This document shows, piece by piece, positions 30,959 through 39,600 of a stretch of 64,000 nt of DNA. A program made the position numbers and the translations under genes. This DNA comes from Trueperaceae bacterium (lineage in GTDB: Bacteria > Deinococcota > Deinococci > Deinococcales > Trueperaceae), in assembly GCA_965213925.1 (NCBI GenBank), contig OZ243927.1, positions 2,368,001 through 2,432,000 on the forward strand, read 5' to 3'. The notes beneath the pieces were generated by a model. It was not told the DNA's origin and made no database searches. It worked only from the letters and a program-made list of their open reading frames with translations. Position 1 is the stretch's first letter. The number at the start of each line of letters is the position of its first letter.

Positions 30959-31921
30959 CTACCGTTTGCCCACTAATAAGGTATAAAGCACCGCCATCCG
31001 AATCGGCACGCCGTTCGCCACCTGCGTCTCAATCACACTGCGCTCCGAATCCGCCAGCGTCCCCGCGAGTTCCACATCGCGGTTCATCGGTCCAGGGTGC
31101 ATGATGAGGGCGTCGGGGTGAGCATGTCTCATGACCTCTTCGGTGACTTGATAGCGCGTTTGGTATTCGGCTAGAGAGGGAAGAAGCCCTGTGTTCATCC
31201 GCTCCATCTGTAAACGCAACGCCATCACCCCATGTGCGCCTTCGGCGGCATCGTGAGTACTGTTCGTTAGGGTGACGTTGTATTGCTCTAACTCCTTCGG
31301 TAGCAGCGTCCTCGGTCCACAAAGGGTGACTTCTGCGCCCAGCTTCGTCCAGAGTTCGATGTTGGAACGGGCGACTCTCGAGTGCATCACATCCCCAATA
31401 ATCGCCAGCTTCTTCCCTTCAAACCCATCAAAACCGCTGAACTCCTTCGAAAAGGTGTAGGCATCTAAAAGCGCCTGCGTCGGGTGGGCGCGGCGTCCGT
31501 CACCCGCGTTCACAATCGCAGCGTCCGTCCACTTGGTGAGTTGATAGGGCACGCCCGCCGCCCTGTGCCGCACCACGTAGAGGTCGGCTTGCATAGCGTC
31601 CACGGTCTTGAGCGTATCTTTTAAGGATTCGCCTTTGCTGAGGCTCGAGCCCCCTGCCGCAAAGCTCATCACGTCCGCCGACTGCGCCCGCGCCGAGCGC
31701 TCAAAGGAGAGCCGCGTGCGCGTCGAAGGCTCGAAGAAGAGCGTCCCTACCGTAAAGCCTTGCAGCGCCGGCACCTTTTTGATCGTGCGCGTCATGACCT
31801 GCGCCATCACGTCTGCCGTGTTGAAGAGCGCCGTGACCTCTTCGGCGCTCCAGTCCTGCAGATCGAGCAGGTGCCGCTTTTTTGCCTTTGCCGCTTCGGG
31901 TATTTGCACGGTCTGAATCAT
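30959..31921 (-). CDS. pyrB: aspartate carbamoyltransferase catalytic subunit
   Basis: [20 protein letters not shown] and HPGPMNR motifs. Confidence 0.97.
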   Translation of the reverse strand: MIQTVQIPEAAKAKKRHLLDLQDWSAEEVTALFNTADVMAQVMTRTIKKVPALQGFTVGTLFFEPSTRTRLSFERSARAQSADVMSFAAGGSSLSKGESLKDTLKTVDAMQADLYVVRHRAAGVPYQLTKWTDAAIVNAGDGRRAHPTQALLDAYTFSKEFSGFDGFEGKKLAIIGDVMHSRVARSNIELWTKLGAEVTLCGPRTLLPKELEQYNVTLTNSTHDAAEGAHGVMALRLQMERMNTGLLPSLAEYQTRYQVTEEVMRHAHPDALIMHPGPMNRDVELAGTLADSERSVIETQVANGVPIRMAVLYTLLVGKR

Positions 31922-32475
31922 GCGAGTTCCATGAGGTCCACGCCCTCTTCGCCGTCTACAGACTCGAGCTTCACCTTCACCACTTCCTGCTTGCTCGTCG
32001 GTACGTTCTTACCCACGTAGTCTGCCCGAATCGGCAACTCCCTGTGCCCTCTATCCACCAACACCGCATACTGAATGACCGAAGGACGCCCCATATCGAT
32101 GAGCGCGTCTAATGCCGCCCTTGCCGTCCGCCCCGTATAGAGCACGTCGTCACAGAGCACCACGCGCACGCCGTGAACGTCGAAGGGGACTTCCGTGCGT
32201 TTCACCACGGGTTGCAGGGCAATTTCGGAGAGGTCGTCGCGGTAGAGCGTAATGTCGAGCTTGCCGAGCATAGGCTTCGTGCCCTCGAAGCTCTCGATGA
32301 GCCCCGCGAGATGCTCCGCAATCGGCACGCCTCTCGTGTGGATGCCCACCAGCGCCAAGTTCTCCGCGCCCTTATTGCTCTCCACGATTTCGTGGGCGAT
32401 GCGCGTGAGGGCGCGGTTGATTTCTGCTGTGGTCATGAGGGTGGCTTTGTGGGTCATGTTGGCGCTTGCGCTCAT
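31918..32475 (-). CDS. pyrR: pyrimidine operon regulator/UPRTase PyrR
   Basis: [43 protein letters not shown]. Confidence 0.97.
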   Translation of the reverse strand: MSASANMTHKATLMTTAEINRALTRIAHEIVESNKGAENLALVGIHTRGVPIAEHLAGLIESFEGTKPMLGKLDITLYRDDLSEIALQPVVKRTEVPFDVHGVRVVLCDDVLYTGRTARAALDALIDMGRPSVIQYAVLVDRGHRELPIRADYVGKNVPTSKQEVVKVKLESVDGEEGVDLMELA

Positions 32476-32483
32476 GAGGGGCC

Positions 32484-32582
32484 AAAAAAAAGCGCCGTTA
32501 GCGCGGCGTGAAAGGGCTTGATTGTGTGGTTGACCTCTTGCATGGTTGGTTCCTTTCCGGTCTCGCGGGACCGAGTTAAAGG
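32484..32582 (-). promoter_or_regulatory. PyrR-binding attenuator leader (binding loop plus terminator)
   Basis: Minus strand CCTTTAACTCGGTCCCGCGAGACCGGAAAGG resembles the PyrR binding-loop consensus; then hairpin CGCCG..CGGCG + T8 just before pyrR. Confidence 0.8.
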
Positions 32583-32663
32583 GTGTTGGGAGAGTGTACT
32601 ACTCTTAATACAGCAAGGTCAATGGTAAACCAAAGCTCTTATTATGATGTTACGATTAGCAAG

Positions 32664-33305
32664 ATGAGTTTGGAAACACAAAAATACTTGAGGATATTCG
32701 TGCCTGGGGTTCTAATTTTACTTTTAGGAACTCCTCTTTTTTTAGAAAGCTTCGGTATAACCGATGTAAAATCCTTCCTTAGTTTTGAAAACGCTCTACT
32801 AGTTCCGTTAGCAGTTGTTTTGGGCGTCTTTTACCACGTTTCTAGTGTAAGAAGCTTCGTTAAACAGATATTTACTCAAAAGACAGATAAGAAAATAGTT
32901 GATAGATTGCTCTCAGTATCTGACGAATCTATTGAAGTAAGAAACGTAGCAAAATGGTGTAACGGTAAAACTGCTAACAGTATTTTTTACAATATCGTTG
33001 ATAATGACTCAAGTCTTTCGGAAAAGGTCAAGATAATACGTTTCAACGGAGTAATATGGACTTCATTTATTGACGCATCTACAATATGCTTCCTTTTCTC
33101 AGGTGTCTATCTAGGAAGCTATCAATTTGTCGAACGGTCTCACTTTATCACTCTTGCATTAGTGCTTTGGATAGCGAGCATCGTTTGCTTTCTTCTAATT
33201 TTCCCTACAGTCAATCGACATTTAGAGCTACAAGATGAGCAGATTGACGCCCTAATCGCAAATAAAAAGTCTGAGCTACTATCCAAGCTTCACGAGAACT
33301 TATGA
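32664..33305 (+). CDS. uncharacterised 4-TM membrane protein (213 aa), AT-rich
   Basis: TACGAT 7 nt before ATG 32664; four hydrophobic segments around a ~70-aa soluble loop. Confidence 0.75.
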   Translation: MSLETQKYLRIFVPGVLILLLGTPLFLESFGITDVKSFLSFENALLVPLAVVLGVFYHVSSVRSFVKQIFTQKTDKKIVDRLLSVSDESIEVRNVAKWCNGKTANSIFYNIVDNDSSLSEKVKIIRFNGVIWTSFIDASTICFLFSGVYLGSYQFVERSHFITLALVLWIASIVCFLLIFPTVNRHLELQDEQIDALIANKKSELLSKLHENL

Positions 33306-33327
33306 AGAAAAATAGCCTCTACACACT

Positions 33328-34368
33328 GTGATTTATGCTCTTCATGAAAAAACTATTCTTTTGATTCAAAAAGAGTATGTTGGCTCTTCTAACCCTTGGT
33401 ATTTAGGGTTCAGTGGAGGTAAAGATTCTTCTGCGCTGCTAAAGCTCGTTTTCACTGCTCTGCGAGAATTACCGGAAGTCTATAAACCGATAACCCTTAT
33501 CTACGTAGATACAGGCGTAGAAATCCCGCTTATTCGTGACCTTGTTATTGAAACTGTAAATGGCGTTCTGGAAGAGTCTGCGACTCATAATATTCCTGTG
33601 AAAGTAGAAATCGCAACACCAAAGCTTGAAGACCGCTTTTTCGTCAAGGTCATAGGAAGAGGTTATCCGCCTCCGACTAATAAATTTAGGTGGTGTACGG
33701 ATAGGCTACGTATTAACCCTGTTAAGAGAGTTTTAGATTCGGTCAAGGAAAAGCAAAGTCTTATACTGCTGGGCATAAGACACGGCGAAAGTAAGGAGCG
33801 AGACAGGACAATAGAGCGCCACAAGCAAGACAAAGAGTTTTATTTTCGGCAGGCGAACAACCGAAATACGCTTATATTCAGCCCTATTGTTGAGTATAGT
33901 ACGAAAGATATCTGGACAACGCTTGCACTTCTTACTGAGCCTGTTAGCTTAAATGCTATACGCTTGTTTGAACTTTATACAGAGGCTAGTGGTGAGTGTC
34001 CGACAGTTCGTGATCCGAAAGGTACTCCATGCGGAAAAGGAAGATTCGGGTGCTGGACGTGTACGGTAGTGCGAAAAGACCGTGCAGTTACGAGTATGGT
34101 GAAAGAGGGGCATCATAGCCTAGCCCCTTTGCTCGAATTTCGAAATTGGCTAGCCGAAATTAGAGATTTGCCTCAGTACCGATGTAAGGTGCGGCGTAAT
34201 GGACAACGCGGTCTAGGTCCGCTGACCCTCGCTGCTAGAAAAGAGACTCTTGCTAAACTACTTCACGCACAAATCGTTAGCCGCTACAAGCTAATAGATG
34301 GGGAAGAACTTTTGCTAATCGAAGAGCTTTGGAAGAAAGATGTAAACTCGACATCTTATCGTGAGTAA
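33328..34368 (+). CDS. stand-alone DndC-like PAPS-reductase-family protein
   Basis: PP-loop FSGGKDSS, DTGVEIP, FFVKVIGRGYPPP..KFRWCTDRL, GECP, CGKGRFGCWTCTVV; start uncertain. Confidence 0.85.
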   Translation: MIYALHEKTILLIQKEYVGSSNPWYLGFSGGKDSSALLKLVFTALRELPEVYKPITLIYVDTGVEIPLIRDLVIETVNGVLEESATHNIPVKVEIATPKLEDRFFVKVIGRGYPPPTNKFRWCTDRLRINPVKRVLDSVKEKQSLILLGIRHGESKERDRTIERHKQDKEFYFRQANNRNTLIFSPIVEYSTKDIWTTLALLTEPVSLNAIRLFELYTEASGECPTVRDPKGTPCGKGRFGCWTCTVVRKDRAVTSMVKEGHHSLAPLLEFRNWLAEIRDLPQYRCKVRRNGQRGLGPLTLAARKETLAKLLHAQIVSRYKLIDGEELLLIEELWKKDVNSTSYRE

Positions 34369-34378
34369 TGCGAAAAGT

Positions 34379-34687
34379 ATGATTGCGCTTCTCAACCAAA
34401 ACCGCCCCGCCCTCGAGCACCTCTGCCGCCAATTCTTCGTAGAGCGCCTAGAGGTTTTCGGCTCTGCCACAACGACCTCTTTTGACCTCGAGCACAGCGA
34501 CCTAGACTTTTTGGTGCGCTTTCAGCAGCCTGCCCCCATAAACCTCTCCGACCAGTATTTCGGACTCGCAGAAGGATTAGAGGCGCTCTTTGGTCGTAAG
34601 ATTGACTTAGTGATGGAGGGGGCGCTTAAAAATCCTTACTTTATCGAGAGCGTGAATGAGACGAGAGAACTACTCTATGCAGCGTAG
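34379..34687 (+). CDS. minimal nucleotidyltransferase (MntA-type antitoxin)
   Basis: VFGS......D...SDLDFLV, LFGRKIDLV....LKNPYF. Confidence 0.9.
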   Translation: MIALLNQNRPALEHLCRQFFVERLEVFGSATTTSFDLEHSDLDFLVRFQQPAPINLSDQYFGLAEGLEALFGRKIDLVMEGALKNPYFIESVNETRELLYAA

Positions 34688-35016
34688 AACGCTCAAAATG
34701 TTAGAGGACATCAGAGATGCGGCGGCGTTTATTCTTGAGCAAACGAGGAATGTGTCCCTAACGGACTTATAGACAAGACCGCCTTTTGCGTCAAGCTGTC
34801 GAGCGTAACTTTGAAATCATCGGTGAGGCGATTCGCCGTTTGCGAGACCATGACCCCAAGGTGGCGAACAAAATAGGCGAATCGGGGCGTATCATCTCAT
34901 TTCGCAACACGCTTATTCACGGCTACGATTTGATAGATGACGCTCTGGTGTGGGATGTGGTGGAGAATAAACTTCCTGTACTACTTCATGAGGTCGAAGC
35001 GTTGATGCAAAGTTAA
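34677..35016 (+). pseudogene. HEPN (DUF86/HepT-type) ribonuclease toxin with a +1 frameshift at ~34767
   Basis: MQRRTLKMLEDIRDAA... then AVERNFEIIGEA and RNTLIHGY (Rx4HxY) in the next frame; removing one T joins them. Confidence 0.8.
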
Positions 35017-35767
35017 GAGACTAACGTTTTGAAGTTGTCACCGCGCTTCTCAACCAGAACTGCCCCGCCCTCGAGCCTCATTCTACAAAGCCAGCCAAGT
35101 ACATCCGTAGAAACCAGATAGACTGAACCTCATGAGGTTTACCGAAGCAGAACTTCGCGCAGCAGGGCTGTCAGAAGAGGAAATCGGGGCTATAAAAAGG
35201 CAGCATCTAGGCGGCACATCTGGCGGTGAAGGGCTTCGCTACGAAGAGGAATACGCGGTTTATCGGCTCATCACTGCTATGTTTGACTATATTGAGCAAG
35301 GCAGAGATTTTGGCGTTCTTCTTCAGGATATGTGTCCGGTTGATGACGTAGTGATTGACGCGGAGACTCGAGAATACTGCCAACTCAAGACGGGAGCTGC
35401 GGAAACGTGGGGCGCGAACTCCAGCAAATTAGAGAGGCAATTCAAGCTGCAAAAGAGGCTTTGCGAGGCTAGAGGTGACTCAGCATTTCTACTAAGGTTG
35501 GTCACGCCGCATGAGGAGCGCTACAAGAGCTTCAACGAAAACTTGCCCGCAGAGCTTAAACGCTGCACGGAAATAACGCTTTTTAGGCAGTTGGGGGGGC
35601 GCAGGGAGATGTGGTCCGAAACGAGTCCTTGCTACGAAGAACTCCGCGAACTCTGCGCGTATGAACCGGACAGCCCTTCGCACCGAGAGGTCGTCGTGGC
35701 GCTTTTCTATGACCGGCTTCAAGCAACGTCGCCCGGCGAATGGTATCTGAGCGCGATTTCTGACTAT

Positions 35768-35998
35768 TACACTGTCAACTAAGTATTGCTACCTCTTGTA
35801 TGTCACCCTGAGCCGAAGGCGTAAGGGTCTCGTTTGGTTACTGCCAAAACTTTGTAACTCGCATCTCGGCTGGTTGGGAATGAAAGACGAGATTCTTTCA
35901 TCGTTCATCCCCGAAAGGGGGCTCCACGGAGCCTGTCCTGAGCTTGCCGAAGGGTTGCGTTCAAAATGACATCACTCATTTTTTACTTGACGGTGTAC
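35768..35998. mobile_element. MITE family A, copy 2, inserted in the nuclease gene
   Basis: TIRs TACACTGTCAACTAAG / TTTACTTGACGGTGTAC, TAT on both flanks. Confidence 0.8.
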
Positions 35999-36145
35999 TA
36001 TCTCAAAAGCAATGAAGATTTAGCCTTCGCTGTTCCGATGGTACTTAGCGACGTTGAGCCTCCGCCTCGGTGGGAAGAAGCCGTCGCAACTGCTGAGCGC
36101 ATTTCGGGCTTGACGCTACACATCAATGGTGATTTCTGCTACTAT

Positions 36146-36260
36146 TAGCAGGTATCATCTGGTTTGAGACACTCTCACTCTAAAAAACAGCGTCTAGCAC
36201 ACACGTTATGAGATGATACCTGCGGCATTCTCTCTCAGTATGTTGCGGAACTGCTACTAT
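36146..36260. mobile_element. 115-bp insertion (MITE or IS remnant) in the nuclease gene
   Basis: CTGCTACTAT repeated at 36136-36145 and 36251-36260; internal 13-bp IR GCAGGTATCATCT/AGATGATACCTGC. Confidence 0.65.
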
Positions 36261-36394
36261 AGTTACATTTACAATTCGGGCGCTTTTGATAGCGGAGCCA
36301 TCGGAAGAGTAGGGAGTGACAGGCTTCACAGGTTTTTGGACAGAATCGTGAATACTAAACCTGGTGTTATAGATGAGTTTTGGGAGCAACTGCT

Positions 36395-36922
36395 ATGAAC
36401 AGAACTATATCTGAGATGGTCACACCTAGAGCGGAAGATAGCCTCAACGAACTCTTGAACGCCAAGGGCGACGTACCCCACTATCAAAAAGCGATGACAG
36501 CGCTCGGTCAGGAGTTGGGGAGGCACATCTCGAGCCAACTCTTAGAAACCTCTTCTGTTTGTTTAGTATTCACCGTAGAAGATGCCGACTTCTTGGCGCG
36601 TGGTCTCTTAAAAAGCATCTCAGGAGTAGTTGACGCGGATAATATTCATGTTGTTTGCTTTTGGAACAAGCGTGAGCAATTGGGCGGCGTGAGCGTCGCT
36701 CCTATCATTCGCCGCTACATCGAGCCCTTTGACAAGGTGGACGCCGTCATCGTGCTCAAGTCAATCATCTCGAGTTCATGCGTTGTCAGAACGAATCTGA
36801 TGGAGATATTAAGCAAAGCGGAGCCAGAAAGGGTCTTCGTTACGGCTCCAGTTATGTTTGTAGGTTCTACTAAAATGTTGGAGCAAGAGTTTTCGGCGGA
36901 TATCGCTTCGAAGTTTGAGTAA
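36395..36922 (+). pseudogene. UPRTase/PRTase-fold protein, 3'-truncated by IS982
   Basis: ATGA overlap with the nuclease stop; N-terminal helix YQKAMTALGQELG and degenerate PRPP-loop-like VIVLKSIISSSC; stop codon supplied by the IS end. Confidence 0.55.
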
Positions 36923-37916
36923 CCTAAGTTCGGAGTTTCCAAATAGCATAAGCATCTCCTAGAATGAGGGTGTTGAAGGCTCAAAAAAGGAGATGCTTAG
37001 GATGAGTTTACTAGAATTGTTCTGCGAGGTGGATGACTTCTGCAGAGGCTTCGCGCTCTGGGCACATAAACAGCAGCTTGCTGAGAGTAGAAAGCGTGGT
37101 CCTAAGTGCCGCTTGAGCGTAAGCGAAGTGATGACGATCATGATTCACTTTCACAGTTCAGGCTACCGAGACTTCAAGAGCCACTACCAGAAACACGTGT
37201 GCAAGCAGCTTAAAGGTGAGTTTCCAGCACTGGTATCGTACTCGCGCTTTGTAGAACTGACCTCAGAGGTTTTGCTGCCGCTTTGCGCCTATCTGCGAGC
37301 GAGTATAGGTGAAGTAACAGGTATCAGCTTTGTAGATAGCACGCATGTGGCAGTGCGCCACAACAAACGTATTGAACGCAACAAGGTCTTTGCAGGCTTA
37401 GCAGCGCGTGGCTGTACCGGCATGGGTTGGTTCTATGGTTTCGAGCTGCATCTCATCATCAACGATAAGGGTGAACTGCTCGCCGTCTATCTAACGCCTG
37501 GCGATACGGATGATCGCAAGCCGCTCGGTGTACTTACGCAAAACCTGTTCGGTAAGCTTTTCGGTGACAAGGGTTATCTCTCACAAGACCTCTTCGAAAA
37601 GTTCTTTGAGCAAGGCATAGAACTCATCACGACCATCCGCAAGAACATGAAAAGCGCGCTGAAGCTTGAGGACAAGATTCTCCTGCGCAAGCGGTTCATC
37701 ACCGTTCGTCCAGCTTGACTGGATCGAAACGGTGAACGATCAGCTCAAGAATATCTCGCAGATTGAGCACACCAGACACCGAAAGCCTGCTAACTTTGCT
37801 GTCAATCTCATCGCTGGACTCATCGCCTATCAGCACCAGCCCAAGAAGCCTTCGCTGAATCTGGGAGCTGACATTGACCCTCTCCCTGTCCTGATTTGAC
37901 TTCGAACTTAGGTTAC
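36919..37916 (+). mobile_element. IS982-family insertion sequence (copy 1)
   Basis: 14-bp TIRs GTAACCTAAGTTCG / CGAACTTAGGTTAC; near-identical left end at 63679; no target duplication. Confidence 0.9.
36993..37899 (+). pseudogene. IS982 transposase frameshifted by a 22-bp insertion (37701-37722)
   Basis: [43 protein letters not shown] split by ACCGTTCGTCCAGCTTGACTGG. Confidence 0.85.
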
Positions 37917-37937
37917 ATAATGATAGGCGCCTTACTT

Positions 37938-38820
37938 ACGCCAATTCGGAAAAGATTTGACAGCGGGAGAAGTGAGGGTTGCAATGATGTATGCGCAAAA
38001 TCCCAACCCTCGAAGAGATTATACAAGCCGTCGAACGTTTACCCCTCAAGAAGCGTAGAAAAGCCCCTCAAGGACGTGCTCCTGTTTTTCCAGACTCGTT
38101 CATCATCGCCTTAGCGGTCTATCAGAAGCTGTCGAGTTTTCGCTATAGCCGGAAGATGCTTGAAGTTGCTGCATCGTTCGGCGTGGACGTACCTGTACCC
38201 TCAACGTTTTGTGAGCGTAAGCGCCTCCTGATAGGACAGATTATTCTCGCGGTTAAACAGCTTTGCACCGGGCATAACACGACGAAACAGCACCTCGACT
38301 CGAAGAAACTAGAAGTAGTAGATTTTGCCCGTGCTAAAAGGACCAAGCTTGCGGGCAGTTATGGGCGTGACCACGTCCATAACACCACCTTCTATGGCTT
38401 TCGGCTTCATGCGCGTGTGGACGATACAGGCAGACTCTGTGAGGTACTGCTGCGAGGCGCGAACGAACATGATGTTAAGGTCGCGCCTCGCCTACTAGAC
38501 AAACTCACTTACGCCATTGTAACCGCCGATAAAGGCTATATCAGCTCCGAGCTTAAAGCCGACGTTGCCTCCCAAGCGGTTGACCTTATAACCCCGCGCC
38601 GCAGCAACCAGCTACCCCCGCCCAAGCGTGAGCAGAGGCTTTACCAAGGACACCGCATCGTTGAGTCGGTCTTCTCGTCCTTGGATAGACTTGGACTCTC
38701 TGACAGACCCTACCGCTCGACGGTGGGCTGCATCCTGCACGTTTACACCACCTTGCTCGCTTACCAACTCAGCCGTTTAGGGGCATTTGAGCTTTGAATT
38801 TCCCTTTTCCGAATTGGGGT
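37938..38820 (+). mobile_element. second, distinct IS982-like insertion sequence
   Basis: 17-bp TIRs ACGCCAATTCGGAAAAG / CTTTTCCGAATTGGGGT (1 mismatch); TTACTT duplicated at 37932-37937 and 38821-38826. Confidence 0.88.
37991..38797 (+). CDS. DDE transposase (IS982-like), intact
   Basis: HLDS, FYGFRLH, NEHD, ADKGY and RIVESVFS motifs. Confidence 0.88.
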   Translation: MRKIPTLEEIIQAVERLPLKKRRKAPQGRAPVFPDSFIIALAVYQKLSSFRYSRKMLEVAASFGVDVPVPSTFCERKRLLIGQIILAVKQLCTGHNTTKQHLDSKKLEVVDFARAKRTKLAGSYGRDHVHNTTFYGFRLHARVDDTGRLCEVLLRGANEHDVKVAPRLLDKLTYAIVTADKGYISSELKADVASQAVDLITPRRSNQLPPPKREQRLYQGHRIVESVFSSLDRLGLSDRPYRSTVGCILHVYTTLLAYQLSRLGAFEL

Positions 38821-38920
38821 TTACTTTATTATATTCACAAAGCCTTAACTATGAAGCGAGCAGCAGACCCTTGAGGACAGCGTAGCTTCAGCTTTAGGGG
38901 GCTGCAAGAAAGGAGAAGAC

Positions 38921-39085
38921 GTGAGCGACGCAGAACTCCGAAAATTGCATCAGCATTTGCGTAAGGCGTCACAGAAAACGGCGGGGCTTAGTGTAAAGAC
39001 GTTCCCGGAGATGATGACGATGCTCGCGCTGCGGCGCGAACTGAGCCGCGCGCTCAGCGTTGTTGAGCGGAGCATGAAAGATTGA
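38921..39085 (+). CDS. small hypothetical protein (54 aa), below the ORF-track cutoff
   Basis: AAGGAG RBS, GTG start, MSDAELRKLHQHLRKASQKTAGLSVKTFPEMMTMLALRRELSRALSVVERSMKD. Confidence 0.5.
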   Translation: MSDAELRKLHQHLRKASQKTAGLSVKTFPEMMTMLALRRELSRALSVVERSMKD

Positions 39086-39207
39086 CGCGCTGGCGTTCGT
39101 GAGAGGGCTCGATATTTCGAATCTTTACACAGTGGTCGCCTCGCGCGGTGACGCCCTTCAGTTTTTCTGGTGTAAATAAATGGTGCCGAGGCGCTGACGA
39201 GCCACTT

Positions 39208-39393
39208 TCACTTAGGCTTGTTGTCCGTTTCTTTAGGCTTATTGCCCCGGCGAAACATGTAGAACGTCGCGCCTACGCCCCCTAGCAAGCTGAGCCCCAA
39301 GCTCCAGAAAAGGGGCGTGCCGAAAGCGAGAAGGCCGATAAAGAGGAGCGCCGTTGCGCCGATTCCCCAAAGCATCGCGTCTTCAAAATCCAT
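39208..39393 (-). CDS. small two-TM membrane protein
   Basis: Two hydrophobic segments and a basic tail. Confidence 0.65.
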   Translation of the reverse strand: MDFEDAMLWGIGATALLFIGLLAFGTPLFWSLGLSLLGGVGATFYMFRRGNKPKETDNKPK

Positions 39394-39600
39394 AGTTCCA
39401 TGCTGCTAGGAAAAGAGAGGCGTTGCAAGTGAAGGTACTACATTTATGAAGACATAGTTTATGAAGACATACGGACCCCACTTCACTCCCTATCACTGAG
39501 AGAAGGCCTCGACGACGTAATTCGATTTTGCAAGACGGCGAGTAACCGAGCACGCTACAAGATATTGACATTCCTGTGTTAAGAAGCTCACTATAGGGGT

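Larger units (their letters stand above)
35132..36398 (+). pseudogene. PD-(D/E)xK-like (Cap4/DUF4297-like) nuclease gene interrupted by two insertions; 305 aa when rebuilt
   Basis: GG..G..G..YE..YA, VDDVVI and YCQLKT motifs; segments 35132-35767, 36002-36145 and 36261-36398 join in frame. Confidence 0.7.

Noticed and set aside
33328..34368. complete Dnd phosphorothioation system, or housekeeping cysH
   Set aside because: No dndA/B/D/E or cys genes nearby; motifs are DndC-type rather than CysH-type
35966..36398. two independent 60-61 aa ORFs
   Set aside because: They are fragments of the interrupted nuclease gene with starts supplied by inserted DNA
39443..39471. tandem 14-bp repeat TTTATGAAGACATA
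   Set aside because: Only two copies; a local duplication or operator cannot be told apart from sequence alone
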